64,000 bases of DNA from a virus (taxonomy: Duplodnaviria; Caudoviricetes). This document shows positions 1 to 10,555 of the stretch, piece by piece. A program made the position numbers and the translations under genes. Under the pieces are notes generated by a model. It made no database searches. It was given only the letters and a program-made list of their open reading frames with translations, and had not been told where the DNA came from. How positions within the stretch are numbered: the stretch's first letter is position 1; each line of letters starts with the position of its first letter. Location: positions 32,001 through 96,000 of the IMG/VR virus record IMGVR_UViG_2617270876_000003; one strand, written 5' to 3'.

Positions 1-280
1 AACACTTTCGACATAGTGATTTACTTGTAAGTGCTTTTGGAAAAGGGAATACTCTACCCTCTTTGTAAATATCTCTTGTTTTTGTCTTACATTCATCACA
101 CTGATGATAAATAATTTTCTCTGCGCTATATGTGGGTTCAAATTCTACAGTTATTTCGAATTCTTTTTCGCACTCTTGACATGTCCAGTCCAATTTATTA
201 TCACTTGATAAACCGTCACATAGGGCATCTGTCATATCATTTTCATATTCGCAATACGGACATTCTACTGTATCGTAAAT
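1..280 (-). CDS. Zn-ribbon protein, runs off left edge; probable ATT start
   Basis: Not in ORF track. SD AAGGAGGGG then ATT TAC GAT; reads (M)YDTVECPYCEYENDM...WTCQECEKEF...CDEC...LCRKC with four CxxC pairs. Confidence 0.65.
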   Translation of the reverse strand, partial: MYDTVECPYCEYENDMTDALCDGLSSDNKLDWTCQECEKEFEITVEFEPTYSAEKIIYHQCDECKTKTRDIYKEGRVFPFPKALTSKSLCRKC

Positions 281-295
281 ATCAATCCCCTCCTT

Positions 296-529
296 TTATT
301 CCGAGTAAAATCCAACAAGTTTAAAATGTTCATGATCTTTGTCAATCCACTCTCTATCGGCACCGTCTGAATAGATTCCGAAATCATCTAATGCTTCCAA
401 ATATCCTGCAATGCGGCTTCCGATACCATTATGATATTGGTCTCCTTGCAATAACACTTTCCCTTCATCTAAATCAAACAAAGCCTTTTCGTCCTCGAAT
501 TCTTCGTTGACATAAATAACTAGGTTCAT
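296..529 (-). CDS. hypothetical phage protein
   Basis: AAGGAGAAG SD, co-oriented, acidic 77 aa. Confidence 0.6.
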   Translation of the reverse strand: MNLVIYVNEEFEDEKALFDLDEGKVLLQGDQYHNGIGSRIAGYLEALDDFGIYSDGADREWIDKDHEHFKLVGFYSE

Positions 530-568
530 TTTTTTATCTTCTCCTTTTTAATCAAACTTGTATTTTAT

Positions 569-886
569 CTATTCTTCTACTGGTTCATATGTCTGCTCGA
601 ATATGTCTGGTTTACATGGATAGAATTCGTTGCCTACGCCTTTTATAATCCAATCGCCTACATCTGCTCTCATAGTTCCTTCGAGAGTAGGAATCTCAAT
701 AAATGTTAATCCTTCTGGTTCGCCATTTGGCTCAGTACCAACTCGAACAAATTGATTATGTGCAGATACAAAATCAATAATCTCAAAGTCGTTGTACTCT
801 TTGTGAATGCCGTATTTACATGGAATTTCTTTAATCACCTTGAACTGCATAGCTTCGATCACTACTGGCTTTTTTCGGAATTTCAT
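569..886 (-). CDS. conserved phage protein of the KFRKKPVVIEA...YPCKPDIF family (copy 1)
   Basis: Motifs KKPVVIEA, IPTLEG, GDWIIKGV, EFYPCKPDIFEQTY; GGAGG SD. Confidence 0.8.
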   Translation of the reverse strand: MKFRKKPVVIEAMQFKVIKEIPCKYGIHKEYNDFEIIDFVSAHNQFVRVGTEPNGEPEGLTFIEIPTLEGTMRADVGDWIIKGVGNEFYPCKPDIFEQTYEPVEE

Positions 887-1004
887 TATAAACCTCCTAT
901 TATTTTATCTTTATAAAACAGTTCTTTCATGAGGAATTTACCGTCAAAAAACCCTTTATTCATGCGGTTTTTAGACATAGCCTTTGCAAAATATGATGTT
1001 TTAC

Positions 1005-1250
1005 TTAATAAACCTCGCAGCCTTGATAATATTTATGTCCTTTCCCTCTATATCTCTGTTTAGAAATAAATGTCTTAACGATAATCAAGTTTTCAGACAC
1101 TTTAAGAAGAACAAGTACACCTTTTTCTGTCATCCATCTAATTTTACCTTCAATGTTTTTGATACAGGATACCTCTTTGATAAGGTATCCCATTCTAACT
1201 CCGCTCTTCTTGATTCTTTCTCTTGCATGTTGAGTGAATTTTATCTTCAT
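1005..1250 (-). CDS. small basic protein, possibly DUF4258/RNase-like fold
   Basis: N-terminal FTQHARERI and C-terminal IIVKTF pattern. Confidence 0.4.
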   Translation of the reverse strand: MKIKFTQHARERIKKSGVRMGYLIKEVSCIKNIEGKIRWMTEKGVLVLLKVSENLIIVKTFISKQRYRGKGHKYYQGCEVY

Positions 1251-1508
1251 AGTTATTACCGTTTATTCTGCTTTCTTGCTCGTGCGTATTTAGTGAGCGT
1301 AGAACCCTTCTTTTCGTGTGTTTTTGCTGGAAGAACATATTGGAATGCAAGTCCTTGTTTTGCTGCAATGCGCTTTGATTCACTTTCTGCTCCAAGTCGA
1401 TCAGTTGGAAGATTATCAATTACAATATTCTTTCCTGTTTCAGTTGTTGCAATCCCGTAAAATGTTGTCATATGTATTATTTCTCCTTTTAAATATATGT
1501 ATTTTTAT

Positions 1509-3149
1509 TTAATTGATAATTCTGTAATCGTCGATCAGTACCTGCATTGTCTTTTCAATTCGGAAGCGTGGTTTATAGAATTTCCAATAATTCATGTTGA
1601 GGTTACCCAGCACTTCAATTTCAGAAAATACTGGAAAGTTGTTATAATATTCTTCATCAATCTTGAACTTCATTAGTTTAAGATTTTCATTAATTTTTAC
1701 TTCTAGAGTGTCTTTGTTTTTTCCTCTTAAAATTCTGTCATCAACAAAGATTCCTTTTATAAGAAATTTTCCATCCTTAAAGTTTCTACCACTCACTCTA
1801 TAGAAGTTACAAATGTGGAGAATTAATTTTTCATTGAGTTCGTTTATATTAAACTCAAGATCATAATACTGTGTGTCATCAAATGATGTATTGGCAAGTA
1901 TTTGATTCAATTCCTCTTGAAGATTGCCTAAGTTATTTTTATTTGTAGCTGTGCCTCCTGCCCCTTCGTGTCCTGCTGCATACAAAGCATTCTTACATGT
2001 GCTCAACAGCGACATCATGGGGAACTCATCATAACCTCTAAAACTACCCGCATAGATATCGTCACTCTTACCATTTCCCAATACAATCGCTGGTCTGTTA
2101 AAGTGCTTCGATAAATCTTGCGCAACTAATCCATTGTACCCCTTACCAATGGTAGGATCATAACAAATAACACATTTATTGCGAGTATCAACCGTTGGTT
2201 TTAATCGTTGTAAGGCTTCTCTTTGAACATTTTTTCGCTTTTCATTGACTTCAACAAGTTGTTTTACAATACCTTTTAGATTTGGACCGTTCTCATCGCA
2301 CATCATAAAGTCTTTAGCGAGAATAATTTTATCGTCCCTTGTTGCCGCTGTTACTGCTGGTGATAGTCCATAAACAAAGTCATTCGCGTAAAGGTTGTTA
2401 ATGTCTTTGCCCAATGCAGTAAACAGTTGCTTGAATCCCTCGTGTTGCACATTCTTTAATGAATTTTTAAAGAAGAATCTATTTTCAGGTTCAGTCATCG
2501 ACATCATATCAGCAGCTACTGAAAATCCAGCCATGTCTACGTATTTAATCGAGTAATATGTATTCATAATGTCATCTAATACAGAACATACCTTCCAAAC
2601 AAGCAGACCACCTGAAGCATTCTTGTTTGGATATTTGCAATCTGATTGTTGTGGGTTAACAATGGTTGCATATGGATTTGCATGAGTGATTTCATGGTGG
2701 TCAATAATTAAACAATCAATTCCCTTTTCGCTCAGAAGTTTCATCTCTTCAACATCATTACTACTACTATCAACGGCAATATACAAATCGATATCTTCGG
2801 GTACTTGGTCAATAATGTATTCAGTACCGTGTCCAGCGCTTCTCTCCACAAACTCTAATGTAACCTTGTCGTTATATTTCGAGATGCATTTATACATCAT
2901 CGTTCCTGCTGCTAATCCATCCCAATCACAATCTCCAAAGATAAAAATCTTTTCACCATTTCTGATTGCTTTAATAATTCTTTGTGCTAGTAAGTCGATA
3001 TTTTTCAGCAAATATGGACTATGTACAACATTACTCAATGGATTCAGAAACGCATCAATATCTTCAATTCCATTAATTTTAGCCAACTTAGAATACAGGT
3101 TATCGTGTTCATCATACGGAATTTTGGGTATTTTCTTTTTCCACGCGAT
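1509..3149 (-). CDS. recJ: RecJ-like DHH/DHHA1 ssDNA exonuclease (YorK-like); probable ATC start at 3149
   Basis: GDCDWDG, AVDS, IIDHH, NPQ, ADMM, GSFR, GHEGAGG motifs; frame open upstream of the 3086 TTG to an ATC preceded by AAGGGTGAG. Confidence 0.9.
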   Translation of the reverse strand: MAWKKKIPKIPYDEHDNLYSKLAKINGIEDIDAFLNPLSNVVHSPYLLKNIDLLAQRIIKAIRNGEKIFIFGDCDWDGLAAGTMMYKCISKYNDKVTLEFVERSAGHGTEYIIDQVPEDIDLYIAVDSSSNDVEEMKLLSEKGIDCLIIDHHEITHANPYATIVNPQQSDCKYPNKNASGGLLVWKVCSVLDDIMNTYYSIKYVDMAGFSVAADMMSMTEPENRFFFKNSLKNVQHEGFKQLFTALGKDINNLYANDFVYGLSPAVTAATRDDKIILAKDFMMCDENGPNLKGIVKQLVEVNEKRKNVQREALQRLKPTVDTRNKCVICYDPTIGKGYNGLVAQDLSKHFNRPAIVLGNGKSDDIYAGSFRGYDEFPMMSLLSTCKNALYAAGHEGAGGTATNKNNLGNLQEELNQILANTSFDDTQYYDLEFNINELNEKLILHICNFYRVSGRNFKDGKFLIKGIFVDDRILRGKNKDTLEVKINENLKLMKFKIDEEYYNNFPVFSEIEVLGNLNMNYWKFYKPRFRIEKTMQVLIDDYRIIN

Positions 3150-5050
3150 AGTGTAGGCTCACCCTTTCTATACATATTAACCAATGCTTATTTTGAAGTT
3201 TTCAGGCAATGCAATATTATCATAGCTATCCATTGCCTTCATGAACTTATATGTAAGTAACTTGTTCTCTCTTCCTGTGTTCTTGTTAATGATTCGAATA
3301 TTCGCTTTACGTTTCATAAGAATCACTCTCCAAAATAGGATTTAGTTTTCAAGCAAATTGGTAATAATCTCGATGCGTTCAGATTTATTTAACTTGGCCC
3401 ACAACAAAGAAATTTTATTGTAGATTGCATCCAAATCTTTTCCGTCTGTCTCGACTCCAAATTCCTTGAGAATATCAGTAAATGTCATAATTCTCACCTC
3501 CTTGATTTGATGAAAGATAAGTTTTATAAGCAAATGATTAAAAATTCTTTCTCTTTTGCTTTAATAAAAGCATAGTATTTACTTTTATGCTCTAGATTAT
3601 ATAAATTCCTATTATGATCTTCCATATTCCTAAATAATTCAACTACTTCTGGAATTTCAGGATTAGCAGCAAGATCGTCTAAATTATAACTCACAGTAAT
3701 TCCAGACTCTCTTCTTTTTATATTTTCCAATAAAAAGTCATAAGCATCTCTTTTTGGGGGATCTAAAACCTTGTCAGGATATTTTCCTATGTATTGAATT
3801 ATATTGTCTCCTTTCCATTTAATCTTATTTTGTTCAGCGTGCACATCTATCTCAGACTGTTTTTTATATGATTTTCATATGTCCATTTCTTCACTTCGTC
3901 CATAACCTCTCTATTGCTTTTCAAAATATTCTCTACTGTGTGCTCATTAATTAATTCTCCTTCGGGATTTTTGATTAATACCTTCAACAATACCTCGTCG
4001 TTCTTTTTAAAACTCCTTTTAACATCGATTTTCCATCCGTGGTATTTCGCGCTAAGAATATTTGTTCTCATCTTTTATCTCCTCTATATTGTTTTTTTCA
4101 TGAAAGTATGTTTTTATTAAGTCCAATACTCTTGTTCTTCATCCGCATACTCTTCCATCTTGCAATAGCGCTTGTAATGATCCCAGTTGTCTAAGTCTAA
4201 TCCTTGCTGCTTTGCGTGTTCGTAATCTTCATCTGAATATGGTTTATCCATGTTCATTACTTATCTCCTTTGTTTTATGACCATTTAAAATTGCAATGAA
4301 TCATCCTGCCATGTAATTCCCCTTTTACGATTACCACATCTTCAATCTCTAGTTCAGCAAGAACATCTTGTGTTCCAGCATAGCAACGTCCAGAATATTT
4401 TCCTTTTCTATCTTTATGAATATAATAGATGCCATCATCAATTTTAATAAAAACCAATGAGGCTTTTTCTATGACGGTCATTTAATAGGTCTCCTTTTGT
4501 TTATGTATTTTTTCTACTATTCAGAAATTGCATCACAGAATACTTTCCATTCAGTTTTTTTATTTCTCTGAACTTTTTTAAGTCCTTTGTAATGATTACA
4601 AGGAAAAATTCCTCCACCAAACGCACTTTTATAAATACAGGTGCATTCTTCTCTTTTTTCGCCTTTATTTTTGCCAAACATAGTTTCTACTTCTCTGCTT
4701 CCATATTCTCTTTGGATTGGACATTCTGATTTCAAAACATGAACCTCTTCGGTTCCACCGCCTATTGCACAACAGCTCGAAAAAATCTCTTTTTCCTTCA
4801 ATTATATTCATCTCCCTATATTTATTATTTTCATTACAGGTATTCAATGACTTCTATGTATTCATCTATCTCCAAGTAATCGATGCATACTTGGTCTTTA
4901 ATTTCATCAATCACTCTTTCGTTACCAGACCACCAGACCTCATGTTTTCCGTGAGGATAATAATAATCCTTTAACATCTTTACTCTTGCTTTCATCTACA
5001 TCACTATTCCTTTTCTCATAAAACTATTCTTTTATCAGTTGTGCAACGTT

Positions 5051-5449
5051 CTAATCAATATAATCAAAATCAACAGGGAACAAATATTTTGGGTTGTAGT
5101 TAATTGTGAACTTGTATTTTGATACTTGCTTCACTCGTAGCTGTTCACACGTGTAACCTATTTCGGAGGACAGGTAAACAAAATGTTTATAGTATCCGCC
5201 GTCATCTTCACCTACAATTGCCAAATCTCCATCGCCTTCTTTTTGCAATGAAAAGTTGCCTACTGCAACAAAAACAACTTCTCCCGTTCTTTGATTGAAT
5301 GCCGTTAGCTTGCGAGTAATATTAAAGCTGTCTGCTTCCTGTGATAAATTATTGCTAACCCTATCTGCCTGTGTACATCCGGTCATAATTACAGTCATTA
5401 GCAAAGCAAGCAACAATACTTTTATTGATTTTTTCATTTTGACATACAC
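5051..5449 (-). CDS. phage lipoprotein
   Basis: Basic N-terminus, hydrophobic stretch, lipobox MTG-C, then QADRVSNNLSQEADSFNI. Confidence 0.75.
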   Translation of the reverse strand: MYVKMKKSIKVLLLALLMTVIMTGCTQADRVSNNLSQEADSFNITRKLTAFNQRTGEVVFVAVGNFSLQKEGDGDLAIVGEDDGGYYKHFVYLSSEIGYTCEQLRVKQVSKYKFTINYNPKYLFPVDFDYID

Positions 5450-5502
5450 TCCTTTTTTATATTTTTTATGTATTGTTTATACTATCTCAATAACTTATTC
5501 GA

Positions 5503-6048
5503 TCATCTTACATAACCAACAAATTCGACTCCTCTATTGCAAAATTCTTTAACCATAGCACACACTAGACCAAACGACATGCCTGAGTGACCTTGACTAT
5601 CAATTTCTCTCTTTGCTTCATCAAGACTGCCGTTTTCGTTTAGAATTTTTACAATATCTAAGCAGCATCCCAATTCCATACCATGATATAAATCACCAAG
5701 TCTAATGGGAACAATTTTGTCCCAATAATCCCATTTATCTTGATCCAGCACTTGTCTGCCTTTTGCTTCCCATTCTTCTGTAAGAGAAGGAATGCTTTCT
5801 TTAAATTCCGCTTCTCTCTTTTCGGTATCCTCCCTCACTTTTTGGTGTGCTTCATCGAATTCAGTTTTGGTTTTTCCGGTAATCGCCTTATATGCGCCAT
5901 CCATTGTTACTGTGTCTGAGTACAGCGTGATACCATTAAATTTGCCGCAAGCTAAAGCCCCATTATTTCTAAAATCCCAAAGTTCACGAACCGCCCCTTC
6001 GATGGTGCTACCTACCAAAAAATCAATCTCTAAATATTTTTTATCCAT
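5503..6048 (-). CDS. conserved hypothetical phage protein
   Basis: AAGGAGG SD, 181 aa, C-terminal QGHSGMSFGLV. Confidence 0.65.
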   Translation of the reverse strand: MDKKYLEIDFLVGSTIEGAVRELWDFRNNGALACGKFNGITLYSDTVTMDGAYKAITGKTKTEFDEAHQKVREDTEKREAEFKESIPSLTEEWEAKGRQVLDQDKWDYWDKIVPIRLGDLYHGMELGCCLDIVKILNENGSLDEAKREIDSQGHSGMSFGLVCAMVKEFCNRGVEFVGYVR

Positions 6049-6097
6049 AAATTATCCTCCTTTTTATTTTCATTTTCTTAATTAAACTCTTATTTGA

Positions 6098-6388
6098 TCA
6101 CTCTTCCACTCGCTCATATGTAAATTCAAAAATATCTGGTTTGCATGGATAAACTTCTCCTGCGACTCCTTTAATAATGTAATCTCCGTAATCGCCTCGC
6201 ATAACGCCTTCCAACGTTTTGATTTCGCAGTGTGCTTTTGTGAGTTTAAATGAATCGTAACTGGAGCCACCCTGTGCGTAATAGACAACAATCTCATTCT
6301 CATTAACCTTATCTTGGAACCATTCGGGACTTGATTCAATACCCATTCGAAAAGCTTCAATTACTACTGGCTTCTTTTTAAATTTCAT
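6098..6388 (-). CDS. conserved phage protein of the KKPVVIEA...YPCKPDIF family (copy 2)
   Basis: Clear paralog of 569..886. Confidence 0.8.
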   Translation of the reverse strand: MKFKKKPVVIEAFRMGIESSPEWFQDKVNENEIVVYYAQGGSSYDSFKLTKAHCEIKTLEGVMRGDYGDYIIKGVAGEVYPCKPDIFEFTYERVEE

Positions 6389-6422
6389 TTCATTTTATCC
6401 TCCCAAATTATGTTTATAAAAT

Positions 6423-7103
6423 TCAAATTTGGTTAGCTTTTTCTAAAAAGTTCTTATAATCTTCTGTAACCCATTTTATTAATTTCAACAAACGGTCTTC
6501 TCTAAAATTTGTATTATCTTCGTCGTACCATTCAATTAGTTCAAATTTATGTTTACTACTATTACAACTTTGACATGCAGGGACACAATTACTCAGATCG
6601 TTTGATCCATTACAATCCACATGTTCTCTATGTAATTGTTGATTTAATGTTAGTCTATGTTCTTCTTCAGTAATTCCGCAGTATGCACACATGTAATTGA
6701 AATATTTTTTACATGAATCCCATTCACTGAATGTTATTTCGTGCTTCTTATTTGAGTATCGCTGTCGATTATATTCTTTCAGTTTTTCAGGATTTACTTT
6801 TCTCCACTCACTTTGATACCCGTTAATTCTCTGTTCTTTAGAATGTTCTCTTTCCCTCTTCCTCCATGATTCACTGACTTTAGTTTGATTTGTATTATAG
6901 ATATGTTTCTGTTGTAAGTAGTACTCATGATTGTCCGACTGCCATTTTAACGACCTTCTGATACTGCACTCCTTACATTCAGGATAATAATAAATATATT
7001 TTCCACGCTTTTTAGATTTTTTGGTTTGTGAATAGAACATATTATAATCTTTTAACTCTTTACATGTTTTGCAAATTTTTATTTTACGTCCAACCTTCCT
7101 CAT
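6423..7103 (-). CDS. HNH homing endonuclease
   Basis: CAYCG...HREHV...NCVPACQSCNSSK HNH/Zn motif and N-terminal CKTC...CKEC finger. Confidence 0.85.
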   Translation of the reverse strand: MRKVGRKIKICKTCKELKDYNMFYSQTKKSKKRGKYIYYYPECKECSIRRSLKWQSDNHEYYLQQKHIYNTNQTKVSESWRKREREHSKEQRINGYQSEWRKVNPEKLKEYNRQRYSNKKHEITFSEWDSCKKYFNYMCAYCGITEEEHRLTLNQQLHREHVDCNGSNDLSNCVPACQSCNSSKHKFELIEWYDEDNTNFREDRLLKLIKWVTEDYKNFLEKANQI

Positions 7104-7519
7104 AATTATGTATTTGGCTTTGTCAATAATTCACCAACAAAGCCATCATTTCCTAATCAGCTATATAACTTCATATGTATTTGCATTTCCATTAGCTGAT
7201 TTACTGCTATTTATTTTTACTTTATTTATTTATTTCACTTTATACATTTGTGTCTTACACATCATATCAAATCCGTAACACTCTTGCCCTAGATCGTCTA
7301 TGATATACTGCTCTCCATTCATAAAGTTATTCATTGTTGTGGAAGTTTTATAGTGCATCCTCCTTATCTCATATATTTTTCCTTCAGTAAAATCTCCAAC
7401 AGGGAACAGCTTTTCTACAATTTCAACGTACTGAGCTTCTGACTCATCTTCTGTGACTTGTAATTGTGACTTATCTATTAATGATGTCAAAGGAACAACC
7501 CCTCTCGTTTACAATTCTA

Positions 7520-7548
7520 ATTATATTTACTTTATAAATGATTGTCAA
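7520..7548 (-). promoter_or_regulatory. consensus sigmaA promoter
   Basis: TTGACA-17 nt-TATAAT on minus strand upstream of ORF 7230..7490. Confidence 0.8.
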
Positions 7549-7646
7549 CATTTATTTTTACTATTTATTGGTGGTATTTTAGCCGGAAAGTCAGTGTGAA
7601 ATCTTTATTTATACGAATAAACAAATGGAGGATTTATGCCTCATTA

Positions 7647-8616
7647 TTAATATAATTTATGTCGTTCTTCTTGCAGTTTGTATTTGTGCAACTCGAAGAA
7701 ATCAACACAATATTTGATTAAAGTTTCTCTTTCTTTATTTAAGCGTATAAACTCTTTTGGATCAAAAGAATGTCTTGCATACCTTTTTTCAATTTCAACT
7801 AATTTATCTCTTTCTTTTGATATTCTATTATCGATTTTTTCAAATAAACCCTTGCTAAATGATAATCGAGACAAATCTTGAACAAAGAAAAAGAGTGACT
7901 TCCACTTTAATTTCCGATTTACGAAATAAAAATCATACACATATTTATATGGGTGTTTCAATACCGCTTCCCATTTATCAATTTTCTCTTCGACTAATTT
8001 TAGTTCTTTTTCTTTATCTTCTCTTTGTCTTTTATTTTCAGCATTAATTTCATCTTCTAATTTTGGCTTATCCCTAATTCCATACCATTGTTTGTAGATA
8101 TTAAACTGGGCAATTTCAATATCACCACAATAAATAGCAAAAATCGATGGGAATGACATTGGCTGTCGAACTTTTACTGTTAGATCATAGGTACATTGCT
8201 TCTGAAAATAAGTGTTCATTAATTCGGCGAGATACTCTTGAAACTTATGCAGTTCTCTCTTAACCGAAGTAAATATTAATGATTTACTACCTTTTAATTC
8301 TTTATCTGCGGTTGTGAACAACAGTACGGGTGTTTTGGTCGCAGCTTCAATAAACCGTCTTTGAGATGTTAACTCTTCAATGGCTTCGTCTATGCTTGAT
8401 TTAAAATTATCAAAACTCAAATTATCATTCCTTTTCATATTTTGATAAAACCTATATTTGATCAATATCTTTCCCAGTTTTAAGCCAATATTTTAAGTCT
8501 AATAAAGCAATTTTTCTTTGGGTATAAATGACCTGATAATAAGGTCGTTTTTCCTTATCGTACTCATAAATTATTTGATCTAACTTCTTGAGTGGTTTTC
8601 TTTTAAATATAAACAT
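7647..8616 (-). pseudogene. hypothetical coiled-coil protein, possibly split by a frameshift near 8455-8495
   Basis: ATG at 8616 with GAGGTGG SD gives a 54-aa ORF stopping at 8452-8454; the 272-aa ORF overlaps in another frame with no good SD. Confidence 0.4.
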
Positions 8617-8631
8617 TCTTCACCACCTCAT

Positions 8632-9711
8632 TTACAATGGAATCTTAAATTTATTTTCACTATATAATTTCTCGAAGACTTCCTTCCCCTTATCACATGG
8701 GCTATCCTTATCCTCGAACAATCCGCTTTTATCCCATAAAGCATAGACATTTCTCGTCTTACCAAACTTAGCGGCCTGTTTCTTTATATCTTCAATCCTC
8801 TTGTCCTTGTCTAAAGCAATAACAATGTCGATTTCATTCCCCAATCCCCGAATCAAATTAACTTGCCATTCGCTCAAATCATCTCCACTTATGGCTACAC
8901 AGTTTCGAAAACCATACTGAGAACTCAGCCATGTTGTTTTTTCACCTTCATAGATAATAACCTCTTTCCGCTCTAAAATGTAATACAAAGCTCTATGCCA
9001 GTTATACAATTCAACCATCTTATTAAAATTATAGAGATAAAGAAATTTATAAATATCTCTCTCCTCATAATCTTCAAAGATGGTTCGTCCTTTTATGGAG
9101 ATTATCTCCCCATACTGATTATGTATAGGGAAGATAATTCTTTGACTTTTTATATCGTAGCCGATCTGGAATTCGACCTGAATAGCATATTCAATGCCTT
9201 CGTCTATGTATTTTTGATGTGGTAGCATTACATATTGCTCAAGTATCTCTTCGTCATACACTTCGTTTTCTATTTCCGTTAAATTCCGTTTCTTTATACG
9301 TTGTCTCTTTACATCTTTAAGCCATTTTAAATGGTTTGCTGTAGGTGATGGAGTATATGAACCATTAAGATATTCTTTATACTCCAGCTTCTCACATATC
9401 CACTTCTTTGATTTATAAAGGTTTTTACTGCGTTCATCTTCAGAATACAGGTCAAACACTATGTATGATACTAATCCGTATATGTCTAAATCTGATTCAC
9501 CAAATGAGCGAATCCGACTAGAAAGACTTTCATTCAAATAAACCTGAACAGACCGTTTGTTTGGAGAATTGAATTTTAATGGAAGTTGAGCTTCATAACG
9601 ATTATTTTTCTTTTGAACATGTTCACAATCCATTAGTTCAAGCAATTCACCAATACGTTCGTCTTCCAATAGTCTTATTTTTATTTCTTTTAAATCATTT
9701 CCATTCTGCAA
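8632..9711 (-). CDS. DnaG-type DNA primase (YorJ-like)
   Basis: RIIFPIHN...ISIKGR, TOPRIM IIYEGEK and IVIALDKD. Confidence 0.9.
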   Translation of the reverse strand: MQNGNDLKEIKIRLLEDERIGELLELMDCEHVQKKNNRYEAQLPLKFNSPNKRSVQVYLNESLSSRIRSFGESDLDIYGLVSYIVFDLYSEDERSKNLYKSKKWICEKLEYKEYLNGSYTPSPTANHLKWLKDVKRQRIKKRNLTEIENEVYDEEILEQYVMLPHQKYIDEGIEYAIQVEFQIGYDIKSQRIIFPIHNQYGEIISIKGRTIFEDYEERDIYKFLYLYNFNKMVELYNWHRALYYILERKEVIIYEGEKTTWLSSQYGFRNCVAISGDDLSEWQVNLIRGLGNEIDIVIALDKDKRIEDIKKQAAKFGKTRNVYALWDKSGLFEDKDSPCDKGKEVFEKLYSENKFKIPL

Positions 9712-9713
9712 AC

Positions 9714-10544
9714 CTATCCCACCTTAATAGGTACGGTGAATTTCTCTGGAGTTACTACTCTATTCAAAATAACTGTGTGAATTAACTTATAATCCATAGT
9801 TTCTTTTGCTAACTTTCCAAATTGACTTTCTTTCATCAAATAAGAAAGGCGATAACTGTCATATACACTAAATACCAAAGTCTTGTCTGCTTTTCTCCAT
9901 TTTGGATCGTGCTTTAATCTAGGTCTAACTTTAAATTTTTCTAAAAATTGTTCCTGAGCATATTCAGCTTCTTCTAGAGAAAAACGAGAGATCGATAACT
10001 CGTAAAATGAGTTTCTATTCTTCCCCTTTGGATAATTATGATATCCGTCATCTAAAAACCAAATGGTCAAGGAGTTATCATTTAGTAAATTTAGTGTCTC
10101 AATAATATTCAAATCAAAGTATGTATTTAAGCATGACATTGATTTCGTTGTAAACGAATATTGATCTTGTCTGTTCTTGCTGTCGGTTTCTCTACTTCTA
10201 TCAAGAAAATATAGGTCTTCGTGATTGCACAGATTTCTTATAATTTGTAATTTAGCGTTCGCGTATTCTTTTTGATCCTCACAGTGAGATACGGTTAATA
10301 GGGTCAAATTATTTTTCTTTTGTAAATGTCCATCACCCAACATGCTTCCAACAACTAAATCCTTCTGTAAATCTGATAATTGATTAAATTTCTCTTGTGT
10401 TTCTGGTGTTATATTATATCTTAATAATTTATTTCTTATGGTTGTAGCTGCACATCCATACTTCTCTGCAATCTGATAAGATGATAATTGATTTATAACA
10501 TAATGCTTATATAATTCATCTTTATCAATAAGTACTCCTCTCAA
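9714..10544 (-). CDS. free-standing double-motif LAGLIDADG homing endonuclease
   Basis: VVGSMLGDGH and LTIWFLDDG motifs, N-terminal HTH (SSYQIAEKYGC), own GGAGG SD. Confidence 0.85.
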   Translation of the reverse strand: MRGVLIDKDELYKHYVINQLSSYQIAEKYGCAATTIRNKLLRYNITPETQEKFNQLSDLQKDLVVGSMLGDGHLQKKNNLTLLTVSHCEDQKEYANAKLQIIRNLCNHEDLYFLDRSRETDSKNRQDQYSFTTKSMSCLNTYFDLNIIETLNLLNDNSLTIWFLDDGYHNYPKGKNRNSFYELSISRFSLEEAEYAQEQFLEKFKVRPRLKHDPKWRKADKTLVFSVYDSYRLSYLMKESQFGKLAKETMDYKLIHTVILNRVVTPEKFTVPIKVG

Positions 10545-10555
10545 ATAAGCCCTCC

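Noticed and set aside
9714-10544. Intein within helicase or primase
   Set aside because: Separate ORF with own SD and stop; no Cys-start or His-Asn splice motifs
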